The notes: generated by a model not told the origin, from the sequence alone. A DNA stretch of 32,000 bases from Desulfocapsa sulfexigens DSM 10523 (GCF_000341395.1 NC_020304.1:1710001-1742000); one strand, 5' to 3'. Counted from the first letter of the stretch, positions 16,445-25,431 are shown. Numbers and translations are program-made.

Positions 16445-16741
16445 ATGGTATATATTTATATTTATCTCATTTTTCCCATCCTGCTGCTTATTGTTGTTAC
16501 GATTCTGTTCCTGCGTTCACTGAAGTCGTCAGAGATTCCCGCCAACGCACAGCTTCTTGTTGATGCCTGGAACTCTGTTGCTGATAATTACGGGACTGCT
16601 GACCTTTCCCCTGACCAGACAGACGATCCTGATCTTAATCGATCCTGTAAAGCTGTCACAGAAGGTCTCGGGCAAAAGGAACGCACAGTATTTCCGTCTG
16701 ATATATCAAAATTTTCATATCAGGACAGATGTTGTCCATGA
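16445..16741 (+). CDS. small hypothetical protein with an N-terminal membrane anchor (98 aa)
   Basis: AAGGAGAG lies 7 nt before the ATG. An N-terminal hydrophobic helix MVYIYIYLIFPILLLIVVTILFL is followed by an acidic soluble tail ending in CCP. No family recognised. Confidence 0.4.
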   Translation: MVYIYIYLIFPILLLIVVTILFLRSLKSSEIPANAQLLVDAWNSVADNYGTADLSPDQTDDPDLNRSCKAVTEGLGQKERTVFPSDISKFSYQDRCCP

Positions 16742-16883
16742 GTTACTGGCAAACATCTGGTAATACCAAGTCTTCTCTGTAAAGGAATACCTGTCTTTTT
16801 CGAGTTTTCTCCTTCGGAAACTGTTGCTTTTTCGGCATCTCCTGGGCAACGCAGCTGAACAGTCTGATCATTCTGTCTTGATA

Positions 16884-17078
16884 TTAGGTGATGGCCGCCA
16901 CCTCCCGAAGATATGCAACCCAGCACCGCCAGGGGCGAGTCTGCTCAGTGCAGATATCTGGACATCCAGAGAAGTTTTCTTCCCGCAGGGGACAGAGACC
17001 ACATTTCATTGTGCAAATTATTTTTGCAGCTTTTTCCAATGCCAGTTCCAGGATACTGTCACAGCTTCCGGTTTCCAT
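16884..17078 (-). CDS. small cysteine-rich hypothetical protein (64 aa)
   Basis: Consensus AAGGAGG lies 5-6 nt upstream of the ATG (reverse complement of 17079-17095). Eight Cys in 64 aa (…CTMKCGLCPLREENFSGCPDIC…). No family recognised. The same frame reopens after the TAA stop (see findings). Confidence 0.4.
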   Translation of the reverse strand: METGSCDSILELALEKAAKIICTMKCGLCPLREENFSGCPDICTEQTRPWRCWVAYLREVAAIT

Positions 17079-17256
17079 ATATTCCTCCTTTTTTTTGAAT
17101 ACTCCTTCTTTTGATCCCCTTAATGTCGTGAAATTTAACAGGCTACTATTTGTTTTCCATGAGTTGCAGGTTAAAAAATGATCAGGAAACCTCTTTCATC
17201 CCCGGACTCCTGCAAAACGTATAGTCCTCACAATCTATTGAAAGGTTCCAGTGGAA

Positions 17257-17640
17257 TTATATTGACTTTGGTAGCAGGAATTGGAGGTACATCCGGGGAA
17301 CATTTTGGCCTACAACGGTTGCCAGTGCAGCACCGGAAGAAAGACCAAAAATCATAACAGCAGTTGCGATAGCAACCTCAAAGTGGTTTGAAGCACCTAT
17401 CATAGCTGCTGGTGCAGCATCCTGATAGCTCAGCTTGAATATTTTCGCTGCACCTATATCCAAGAGCAAAAATAAGAATCGTCTGAATAAAAAGAGGAAT
17501 GGCAATTCAGACAATAGTCAACGGATTGGCGGTAATATTCTAAACTTCAGTGTACCAGGGAACATTGCTATAAATACACTGATGTGTAAATTGAAATAAT
17601 CCATGAAAATATCGTGGTGAATGATTAGTTGAAGCACTTG
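17257..17640 (-). pseudogene. acr3: degraded remnant of an Acr3-type arsenite efflux carrier
   Basis: ORF 17257-17514 contains [42 protein letters not shown]. This matches the conserved C-terminal Acr3 block (…[23 protein letters not shown]…) as I remember it. Upstream in the same frame (17515-17598), before a stop, MDYFNLHISVFIAMFPGTLKF resembles the N-terminal Acr3 helix region. The total coding remnant is about 120 aa against about 350 aa for an intact Acr3. Confidence 0.5.
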
Positions 17641-17811
17641 CACTGAATTATGTGGATTCCTTTCCAGATTCCTGATGTTCTGACTTGGATATAAATTCTT
17701 CCCAAATCAACTTGACTTTACATGCTCTCAGCATATTTTGTTTTTTGTAAAACAAGTAGTCTGTACTCCTATAACGAACTGGTGATAATAAAAACAGTGG
17801 AGGTAATAAAT

Positions 17812-19293
17812 ATGCGACGATCTATTTGTAAGTATTTTTCCAGTCAATATATAGCAGCACTCACTTTAATATCCGTTTTTTTGTTTGCAGGAGTGGCTCA
17901 AGCCGGCAACGATGAAGATGTTGCTTTTGTGGACCGTTTCGGAAAGGCTTTTGCCACGGTGGCGCGAGAAGTTGCGCCCGCTGTGGTTCATGTCCGGGTG
18001 GAAAAGGAGATCGAGAACAGGAATGGGGTCCATGGGCAAGACCCATTTGGTTTGTTCAATGATCCTTTTTTTGAGCATTTCTTTGGGCCGGGATTTCGTC
18101 AGCCACAGCCCAATGGCCAGGGGCAGACTCCCTATAAACAGAGAGGAGCTGGTTCCGGATTTATTATATCTGATGACGGATATATCCTGACAAATAATCA
18201 CGTGGTTGGTGATGCAGACACCATCACTGTAAGCCTTGATGACAAGAGAGAGTTTAAGGCAAAAGTGATTGGATCTGATGCTCAATCTGATGTGGCGCTC
18301 ATTAAGATTGAGGGCAAAAATCTTCCAACAGTATCGCTGGGTGACTCTGACCAGATTGAAGTTGGGGAGTGGGTTATTGCCATTGGCAGCCCTTTTGAAC
18401 TAAACCAGACCGTTACAGTGGGCGTGGTCAGTGCCAAGGGGCGTAACCGTATAGGCATCAACGATTATGAGAATTTTATCCAGACCGATGCGGCCATTAA
18501 TCCTGGAAACTCAGGCGGACCACTCCTGGATATACATGGTAGGGTAATCGGAATCAATACAGCCATTTTTTCAAGATCAGGCGGCTATATGGGGATTGGT
18601 TTTGCCATTCCCATCAATATGGTTAAGTCGATTCAGCAACAGTTGATGAGTGCTGGTAAGGTCACCCGCGGCTGGCTCGGGGTAGCTATTCAGGATGTTG
18701 ACAGGGATCTGGCTACTTCTTTTCAACTCGACAATGCAAAAGGTGTGCTCCTGACTGACGTCTCTGAAGGAACTCCGGCTGATAAAGCAGGGCTGAAGCA
18801 AGGTGATGTTCTGCTGTCCATGGATGGCGTGGAATTAGGTGGAGCCGCAGATTTGCGTAACAGAGTGGCCATGATTGAACCCGGCAGGAAAGTGAATTTT
18901 ATCCTTAGTCGTGACGGCAAAAGAAAAAATATTGTGGTAACCATTGGTGAGCAACCTGCCGATTTTGGACGTATTGCCAAGCAACGCACTACGGACGATG
19001 ATTCAAGTCTGAATTCTATGGGACTATCACTGCAAAACCTTAACAGAGAGCTGGCAGATAAGTTTGGTTATAAAACAGACCAAGGTGTCTTGGTGGCAGG
19101 TGTTACCCCCGGAAGCGTCGCGGAGGAAGCTGGTATTAAACCTGGGCATCTGATCGAAGAGTTGAATCGACAGCGGGTCCATAATTTGAAGGACCTCCAG
19201 AATGTCCTTAAAAACTCTGGAAATAGTCAGCAGGTTCTCTTGAGGGTTCGAGCCGGTGAATATAGTCGATACCTGGTACTTCGACTGAAATAA
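17812..19293 (+). CDS. htrA: periplasmic serine endoprotease HtrA/DegP/DegQ family with two PDZ domains
   Basis: ATG at 17812 with GGAGG at 17799-17803. The ORF-track start at 17722 is an over-extension. A signal peptide is present. The catalytic triad contexts are TNNHVV, SDVALIK and GNSGGPL, followed by two PDZ-like segments. Confidence 0.9.
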   Translation: MRRSICKYFSSQYIAALTLISVFLFAGVAQAGNDEDVAFVDRFGKAFATVAREVAPAVVHVRVEKEIENRNGVHGQDPFGLFNDPFFEHFFGPGFRQPQPNGQGQTPYKQRGAGSGFIISDDGYILTNNHVVGDADTITVSLDDKREFKAKVIGSDAQSDVALIKIEGKNLPTVSLGDSDQIEVGEWVIAIGSPFELNQTVTVGVVSAKGRNRIGINDYENFIQTDAAINPGNSGGPLLDIHGRVIGINTAIFSRSGGYMGIGFAIPINMVKSIQQQLMSAGKVTRGWLGVAIQDVDRDLATSFQLDNAKGVLLTDVSEGTPADKAGLKQGDVLLSMDGVELGGAADLRNRVAMIEPGRKVNFILSRDGKRKNIVVTIGEQPADFGRIAKQRTTDDDSSLNSMGLSLQNLNRELADKFGYKTDQGVLVAGVTPGSVAEEAGIKPGHLIEELNRQRVHNLKDLQNVLKNSGNSQQVLLRVRAGEYSRYLVLRLK

Positions 19294-19383
19294 GTTCGAA
19301 TGTGCAGAACACTGTCCAGAGGTGTCCTGTAGGGGAGGGGGTGTTATCGTTATCAAAACGAGCACAGTAAGAGAACTAAAATG

Positions 19384-19425
19384 AAACATCCCTGCACAGT
19401 GATTGATGTGCAGGGATGTTTTATT
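19384..19425. terminator. bidirectional rho-independent terminator between convergent htrA and the minus-strand ORF
   Basis: Perfect 15-bp stem AAACATCCCTGCACA (19384-19398) / TGTGCAGGGATGTTT (19407-19421) with an 8-nt loop. It is T-rich on the plus side (TTTTATT) and is followed by CATTTT on the minus-strand reading. Confidence 0.65.
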
Positions 19426-19478
19426 CCTCAAATCATGGAAGGTTAGCTGATTGTGCCCTTGTATTTCGAGTCTTGATT

Positions 19479-19895
19479 CTATTTCGATGAAGCGTTTAGC
19501 CAGGCTTCATCCAGACGAGTCTCGATATATGTGACCAGTGCATCATCCTGTTCTTCGAGATCGAAACAGACTGCATCCTCCCCCAGCAGGCCTCCAGGGA
19601 CAAAATCACCTCTTTCTTCAGGATCTGTTATCATATTTCCGTAAAAACAGATTGAAAGCCATCGAGTGGCATCTTCGATAACATCAACCATCACAAAAAG
19701 GTCTTTGTCTTTCTGAGCTTTGTGAACGCCTCTAAGAGAATATGTTAGTCCCGGGCGTGCTATGAAATCAAGGAGAACTCCTTCCTTGTGGTTCAGATAG
19801 TCTTTGAAGTGGACAAAAATTTTCTTGTTTGTTGCAGATGTGTCCTGCCATTCTTCAATAAAGGCGTTTAAGGCCTGCTCTGTTTCACTTTTCAT
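19479..19895 (-). CDS. hypothetical protein (138 aa), no family recognised
   Basis: I prefer the ATG at 19893-19895 (minus strand, MKSETEQALNAF…) to the ORF-track start at 19976. It is an acidic soluble protein whose gene ends at the shared terminator. Confidence 0.5.
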   Translation of the reverse strand: MKSETEQALNAFIEEWQDTSATNKKIFVHFKDYLNHKEGVLLDFIARPGLTYSLRGVHKAQKDKDLFVMVDVIEDATRWLSICFYGNMITDPEERGDFVPGGLLGEDAVCFDLEEQDDALVTYIETRLDEAWLNASSK

Positions 19896-20081
19896 GTTCG
19901 ACTCTTTTTTGTTTTCTGTAATTGTCCGGTGCAGAATATACCTGTTGACCTTAACTCGAATGGAATAGAAGGGCAAAAAAAACTTTACAGCATCTTTTAT
20001 TGTAAGAATTGATTTTTGGGCTAATATAGATACATTGTGGTTGTCAGGTGATTTTTTCAGAATCTTTTTAGTGGATAATGC

Positions 20082-21029
20082 ATGGGCTTTTACCGTCGAA
20101 TACTGTTATTTCCTCTTGCCTGCTTGGTTTTTTCCCTCACAGGGTGCGCGTCGGATTGCGTTAAGGGAAATTGTTCCAACGGTGAAGGGACACTTGTGTT
20201 CGATACAGGAGAACATCTCTCAGGGGCGTGGAAAAAAGGAAAGTTGCATGGCTACGGATCATTCACAAAGGCAAATGGTGATATGTATGCTGGAGACTGG
20301 GTTAATGGAGAAAGGCATGGCCAGGGTACTGCCACAAATGCCAGTGGTGATCGGTATGAAGGCCAATGGAAGAATGACAAGAAACATGGCAAGGGTACTC
20401 TAACATTTGCTCATGGAGATCGTTTTGAAGGGAATTGGGTGGCCGGGAAAAAACAGGGGCCTGGGCGGTTCCTTTATATCAACGGTGATGTCTACGAAAG
20501 CGAGTGGCGTGCAGATATTGATGTAGGTAAGGGCTGTTTTACCACAGCAAAGGGAGAGTGTTACATTACCACCTGTATAAGCGGTGACTGTCAAAATGGT
20601 CATGGTGTCTTTACCTGGACCAATGGCGAACGCTATACCGGTGAATGGAAGAATGGCCGGAAAGATGGCAATGGAACTCTGGTCTATGCCAATGGTGATC
20701 AATATACCGGTGAGTGGAAAAATGACAAGAAAGATGGTTACGGCAGCTTTCGTCAGCGAAACGGTACCAGCTATATAGGCACGTGGAAGAACGATAACTG
20801 GCATGGTCATGGGACCTACCAGAGTGTTGATGGTGGTCGATTTGTCGGGGAGTGGGAAGGCGGAAAAATGAGTGGCCATGGAACCTATATGATGGCGAAT
20901 GGAAACCAATATGTTGGAAGCTGGAAGAATGGGGCTAAGCATGGACGCGGAACATTTATATATCCCAGTGGCTTTAAGTATGTTGGTGAGTGGAAAAACA
21001 ATAAAATGGTCAGGGTATACCCACAATAA
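20082..21029 (+). CDS. MORN-repeat lipoprotein
   Basis: Signal peptide with lipobox LTGC (…ACLVFSLTGCAS). About 12 tandem MORN units follow, of the form Y.G.W..G..HG.G (for example GDRYEGQWKNDKKHGKGT, GDQYTGEWKNDKKDGYGS). Confidence 0.85.
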   Translation: MGFYRRILLFPLACLVFSLTGCASDCVKGNCSNGEGTLVFDTGEHLSGAWKKGKLHGYGSFTKANGDMYAGDWVNGERHGQGTATNASGDRYEGQWKNDKKHGKGTLTFAHGDRFEGNWVAGKKQGPGRFLYINGDVYESEWRADIDVGKGCFTTAKGECYITTCISGDCQNGHGVFTWTNGERYTGEWKNGRKDGNGTLVYANGDQYTGEWKNDKKDGYGSFRQRNGTSYIGTWKNDNWHGHGTYQSVDGGRFVGEWEGGKMSGHGTYMMANGNQYVGSWKNGAKHGRGTFIYPSGFKYVGEWKNNKMVRVYPQ

Positions 21030-21221
21030 GAGATGATTGGTCTTGAATTTCTCACCCAGTAAATGTAAATAGATCTGTTCCGAGTATAGTACGTTTTCTA
21101 AGCGTCTCTGTCCCAAGTGCATGGGAAGGGACGTTTCTAGTTTGTGGGGATTGCATTCCGCAATTCCTTCCGATGAGCACACGATTTTTTTCAATAAGAG
21201 CTTTGCAGCTAAGGGGTAAAT

Positions 21222-22838
21222 ATGATTACTGCAACCGATATCTCCCTTTCCTATGGGAAGAGGGTAATTTTTCAGGATGTGAATATTAAGTTCAGACCTG
21301 GTAACTGCTATGGCCTTATTGGCGCAAATGGTGCCGGAAAAACAACTTTTCTGAAGATTCTGGCTGGTGATTTTGATCCAGATCATGGCACCGTTTCAGT
21401 TGGCAGCCGGGAACGAATTGCAGTGCTGCGGCAGGACCAGTTTGCCTTCGACGAAGTGACGGTGATTGATACTGTAATTATGGGTCATAAACGGCTCTTT
21501 GATCTGCTTGCTGAGCGTGAAGTATTGTACGCCAAAGCTGATTTTACAGAGGAAGATGGGATTCGCAGCGGTGAACTTGAATCAGAGGTTGAAGAGTTGA
21601 ATGGTTATGAGGCAGAGTCTGAAGCAGCTGTCCTGCTGAGTGGTTTAGGTATTACAGAGGATCTTCTTCATAAAAAAATGAAGGAACTTGAGGGCGGTGA
21701 AAAGGTTCGGGTTTTACTTGCCCAGGCTCTTTTCGGTACACCGGATGTTCTTCTGCTCGATGAGCCGACAAATAATCTTGATATTGATTCCATCGTCTGG
21801 CTTGAGAATTTCCTCGATAGATTCCAAAATACTGTCATTATCGTCTCTCATGACAGGCATTTCCTCAATCAGGTATGTACCCATGTGGCCGATATCGATT
21901 TCGGGAAAATATCTGTTTATGTCGGCAACTATGATTTCTGGTACCAGGCGAGTCAACTAGTATTGCAGCAGAAGCAGAATGAGAACAAGAAGGCAGCGAC
22001 TAAGGCTCAAGAATTACAGGAATTTATTCGTCGTTTCTCGTCCAATGCTTCCAAGGCAAAACAGGCAACATCCAGGAAAAAACTGCTGGATAAGTTGACT
22101 CTTGAAGAGATGCCCACATCTTCAAGAAAATATCCCTTTATCTCTTTTAAGGCAGGCAGGCCCTGTGGTGATATTATCCTGGAGATAGAGGGCCTAACCA
22201 AGGCAGTGGATGGGGTGACTCTTTTTGAGGATTTTGATCTTGTCGTGAATAAGGGAGAAAAAATTGGTTTTGTCGGCAGTAACAGTCTTGCAAAGACCAC
22301 ACTCTTTCAGATTCTTACGGGAGAACTCGAGCCGGATAGCGGTAGCTTTCGATGGGGGGTCACCATGAGTCACTCCTATTTTGCCAAAGAAAACAGCTCC
22401 TATTTTAGCAAAGATGTCACTCTCGTTGAGTGGCTTGGTGAGTACACTCCTGTTACCGAGGGGGAAACATTTGCCAGAGGGTTTCTGGGAAAGATGCTTT
22501 TTTCCGGTGAAGAAGCTTTAAAGAAGACCAGTGTTCTTTCCGGAGGTGAAAAAGTACGCTGTCTGCTGGCGAAGATGATGCTTTCAGATGCAAATTGTCT
22601 TATCCTGGATGAACCTACCAACCATCTTGATCTGGAGTCAATAACCGCACTCAATAATGGACTCATTGCCTTTCCGGAAGTGATATTGTTTTCATCTCAC
22701 GATCATCAATTTGTTGATACCATATCCAACAGGATAATTGAACTGTTACCAGGTGGTGTAATTGATAGAATGATGCCTTTTCAGGATTATCTGGAGGATG
22801 AAGGTGTCGCTCAATTACGGGAACAATGGTCCAGATAG
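21222..22838 (+). CDS. ybiT: ABC-F family ATPase, YbiT-like (two NBDs, no membrane domain)
   Basis: 538 aa that is colinear with E. coli YbiT as I remember it (YGLIGANGAGKTTF, LRQDQFAFDEVTVIDTVIMGH, VRVLLAQALF, LLLDEPTNNLDIDSI, SHDRHFLN, and in the second half LSGGEKVR, ILDEPTNHLD). Confidence 0.85.
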   Translation: MITATDISLSYGKRVIFQDVNIKFRPGNCYGLIGANGAGKTTFLKILAGDFDPDHGTVSVGSRERIAVLRQDQFAFDEVTVIDTVIMGHKRLFDLLAEREVLYAKADFTEEDGIRSGELESEVEELNGYEAESEAAVLLSGLGITEDLLHKKMKELEGGEKVRVLLAQALFGTPDVLLLDEPTNNLDIDSIVWLENFLDRFQNTVIIVSHDRHFLNQVCTHVADIDFGKISVYVGNYDFWYQASQLVLQQKQNENKKAATKAQELQEFIRRFSSNASKAKQATSRKKLLDKLTLEEMPTSSRKYPFISFKAGRPCGDIILEIEGLTKAVDGVTLFEDFDLVVNKGEKIGFVGSNSLAKTTLFQILTGELEPDSGSFRWGVTMSHSYFAKENSSYFSKDVTLVEWLGEYTPVTEGETFARGFLGKMLFSGEEALKKTSVLSGGEKVRCLLAKMMLSDANCLILDEPTNHLDLESITALNNGLIAFPEVILFSSHDHQFVDTISNRIIELLPGGVIDRMMPFQDYLEDEGVAQLREQWSR

Positions 22839-23076
22839 CGATTTGCCGGCCGCATACCATATCAGGGCCGCAATTTGTAGCATCTTGATTCCTTATTGAC
22901 AAAGGTAAGAGTGTCGCGCTATTGTTTTTTTTAGTAGCTTCTGGATTTTTCGGAGAAACACTGTCGCTTTTCACTTTTCTCCAGGTACTTGCATCCCAGC
23001 AGGGGTATTGAACAGAGTACCGACTTATTTACCGTTTACCAGTATAAGGGAGTACCTTTATATTCTTTTCGATATT

Positions 23077-25326
23077 ATGGCTACTCCTCAGAGTGAAAAA
23101 GATAAAAAAAACACGAGTGGGCCGACCTGTAAGATCTGGCTCAGTCTGTTTCTGAGCCTATTTGTACTGTTCGCAAGTGTTTTTTTGGCACTTAAGGCGC
23201 AGAGCTTTTATTTTAACACCATCCAGAAGCAACAGACAGAGCAGCTTGCAAATGCGATAGAAAGGTTGCTCAGTACGCAATACACTCTTCCTTGCCGGCA
23301 ACTGAGCAAGCAGCCGACGGTTATCGAAAACGCATCCCACCAGAGTCTTCCCGATAATCGCCATATCCTGGAACTTCTCCAGACAACTAAAGATATTCTC
23401 TCAGTATCGATTGTCTACGTTATGGATAATGAAGGTACCGTTACGGCTTCCAGTAAAACCTCCTCCGGAAAAGGTCTTACCGGAGAAAACTATAAATTTC
23501 GTCCCTATTTCTCCGATGCCATTAAGGGGCGCGAATCCCGTTATGCCGCCGTCGGTGTTACGACCAACGAGAGAGGACTCTATTTCAGTGCTCCCATTTT
23601 TGGTACTGCTGGTGCACCCGTTGGCGTGGTTGTAATTAAGTCTGGAATTCAACAGATCCAGGTTGAACTGAGCGAGTCTTCTTTCCAACATGCTGCACTT
23701 ATTTCTGATAGTGGTATTGTTTTTGTGGTTTCTGAAACAGATAAAGACTGGCTTTATCATGCAAGCTTGCCGCTTTCTCCCGCGCAGAAAGCCACATTGG
23801 TCAAAAGCAGGCAGTTTGCAGATAATCCGCTGACAGATCTCCCCATTTCCTTTGATGAAAACACCACCAGCATAGACAGTGTTCCATACACTATTCATAC
23901 AACTCCTGTAGCACTGAACGGCTGGAAGCTCGTAAGCCTTGAAAAACAGCAAAAAAAATTCCCGGTTATTCTGCTTATTCTAATACCTGGTTCTCTGCTC
24001 AGCTACCTGTTTATCAGTAAGATACGAGCAAATAACAATGAGAAATTGCTTAAGGAGGAAATGGAAGAAGAAATCCTGCAGCGAAGATCTGTGCAGGAGC
24101 AATTACTGATTGCCAAGGAAGCTGCGGAGGCTGCAAATATCGCCAAGAGTGACTTCCTGGCAAACATAAGCCATGAAATTCGTACTCCTATGAATGGTAT
24201 TATGGGGATGACCACTCAGGTACTCAACAGTATTCTGACGGAGGAACAGCGCAAACAACTTGAAATAGTAGATTCTTCTGCTCAACGTCTGCTCGGTCTC
24301 ATTAATAGTATTCTCGATTTCTCAAAGATTGAAGCAGGGAAGATGGAGATTGAAGAAGTCCCTTTTGTGCTAGACGAAAAGCTTGATGAAGTATTTTCCA
24401 TGATGGCGGTGAAGGCGGAAAAACAGAAAGTTATCCTTTCATTGGAGTCCAGAGATAGTATACCGCCAGTTCTTATAGGTGATCCGGATCGGTTACTTCA
24501 GATTTTCATTAATCTGGTGAACAATGCTTTGAAATTTACAGAACAGGGTTCTGTGAAAATCCTTGTTCAATGCAATAAGTCTGATTCTGACAGCGTTCTT
24601 TTACAGTTTGGTGTTCAGGATACGGGAATTGGTATCCCACTTGAAAAACAAGGAGTCATTTTTGATTCCTTTGCCCAGGCTGATAGCTCCACTACCAGAA
24701 AATATGGTGGGACAGGGTTGGGGCTAAGTATTTCTTCTCAGTTGGTAAAGTTGCTGGGAGGGGAAATCTGGTTGGAAAGTGAAGAGGGTAAAGGGGCCAC
24801 CTTCTGGTTTACTGCTTATTTTAAATTACCAAATATAGGATCGGAAGCGCTGGTCTCTGCTCAGGATACTGTGGAAAAAAATGGTATCAGGTGGCGGAGC
24901 ATCCTCAGTAATCGCGAAATTCTTCTTGTTGAAGACGAACCTATCAATATGATCCTGGCCAAAGCCGTTCTTGAAAAGGAACATATTCATATAACGACAG
25001 CTCAAAATGGTTTGGAGGCCGTTGATCACTATATGAGTAGGGCTTTTGATTGTATATTAATGGATATTCAGATGCCGGAGATGGATGGGTACCAAACTAC
25101 TGCAGTAATACGCAGTCATGAGCAAGAGTATGGTGGTCATATCCCGATTATTGCCATGACCGCTCATGCCACGCAGGGAGATCGGCAAAAATGTCTTGCA
25201 GCTGGTATGGATGATTATGTCACAAAACCGCTCCACACTGAAGATATCTTTAACGCCATTGAGAAGCAGTTGCAGAATAGCCTCTCTATTGCTGCTGACG
25301 CGACAGATGGCGTCCGTAAAGCATAA
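23077..25326 (+). CDS. hybrid sensor histidine kinase: TM, Cache-like periplasmic domain, TM, HisKA, HATPase_c, receiver
   Basis: I prefer the ATG at 23077 to the non-ATG ORF-track start at 23008. Two TM helices flank a periplasmic region of about 270 aa. H-box FLANISHEIRTPMNGIMGM, G-box GGTGLGLSIS, and a C-terminal REC (LLVEDEPIN…LMDIQMPEMDG…TKPL). Confidence 0.85.
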   Translation: MATPQSEKDKKNTSGPTCKIWLSLFLSLFVLFASVFLALKAQSFYFNTIQKQQTEQLANAIERLLSTQYTLPCRQLSKQPTVIENASHQSLPDNRHILELLQTTKDILSVSIVYVMDNEGTVTASSKTSSGKGLTGENYKFRPYFSDAIKGRESRYAAVGVTTNERGLYFSAPIFGTAGAPVGVVVIKSGIQQIQVELSESSFQHAALISDSGIVFVVSETDKDWLYHASLPLSPAQKATLVKSRQFADNPLTDLPISFDENTTSIDSVPYTIHTTPVALNGWKLVSLEKQQKKFPVILLILIPGSLLSYLFISKIRANNNEKLLKEEMEEEILQRRSVQEQLLIAKEAAEAANIAKSDFLANISHEIRTPMNGIMGMTTQVLNSILTEEQRKQLEIVDSSAQRLLGLINSILDFSKIEAGKMEIEEVPFVLDEKLDEVFSMMAVKAEKQKVILSLESRDSIPPVLIGDPDRLLQIFINLVNNALKFTEQGSVKILVQCNKSDSDSVLLQFGVQDTGIGIPLEKQGVIFDSFAQADSSTTRKYGGTGLGLSISSQLVKLLGGEIWLESEEGKGATFWFTAYFKLPNIGSEALVSAQDTVEKNGIRWRSILSNREILLVEDEPINMILAKAVLEKEHIHITTAQNGLEAVDHYMSRAFDCILMDIQMPEMDGYQTTAVIRSHEQEYGGHIPIIAMTAHATQGDRQKCLAAGMDDYVTKPLHTEDIFNAIEKQLQNSLSIAADATDGVRKA

Positions 25327-25387
25327 TAGAATTCAGGTTCTTGGGGTGGTCCGATCCCAAATATATCAACCGGAATACTACTGACAT

Positions 25388-25431
25388 TTGACTTCGTTGC
25401 TGCCATCCGATACAATAATTCAGTATTATTG
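25388..25431 (+). promoter_or_regulatory. sigma-70-like promoter with overlapping inverted repeat upstream of the PhnD-like/kinase pair
   Basis: TTGACT (25388-25393), a 17-nt spacer, then TACAAT (25411-25416). A 7-bp inverted repeat CAATAAT-N5-ATTATTG at 25413-25431 overlaps the -10. This is a motif match only. Confidence 0.35.

Noticed and set aside
16718-16882. About 13-nt imperfect inverted repeat (ATATCAGGACAGA at ~16718 and its complement at ~16870) that could delimit a MITE-like element
   Set aside because: It is a 12/13 match in roughly 1 kb of AT-rich DNA, which is within chance expectation by a rough estimate. It has no target-site duplication and no other copies in the window.
20400-21386. 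328-aa minus-strand ORF, the longest unassigned ORF in the track
   Set aside because: It lies antisense to the MORN-repeat gene and to the 5' end of the ABC-F gene. Its translation is low-complexity and mirrors the repeat periodicity. The plus-strand genes have clear motifs (lipobox plus MORN units, Walker A), so this is a repeat-driven shadow ORF.
738-23076. ORF-track N-terminal extensions: 738 for tpx, 11510 for phnK, 12411 for phnL, 17722 for htrA, 19976 for the 138-aa ORF, 23008 for the hybrid kinase
   Set aside because: In each case an internal ATG with a better SD, agreement with homologue N-termini or avoidance of a large overlap with the upstream gene gives a more plausible start. 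The extensions use GTG/TTG codons or run through upstream genes.
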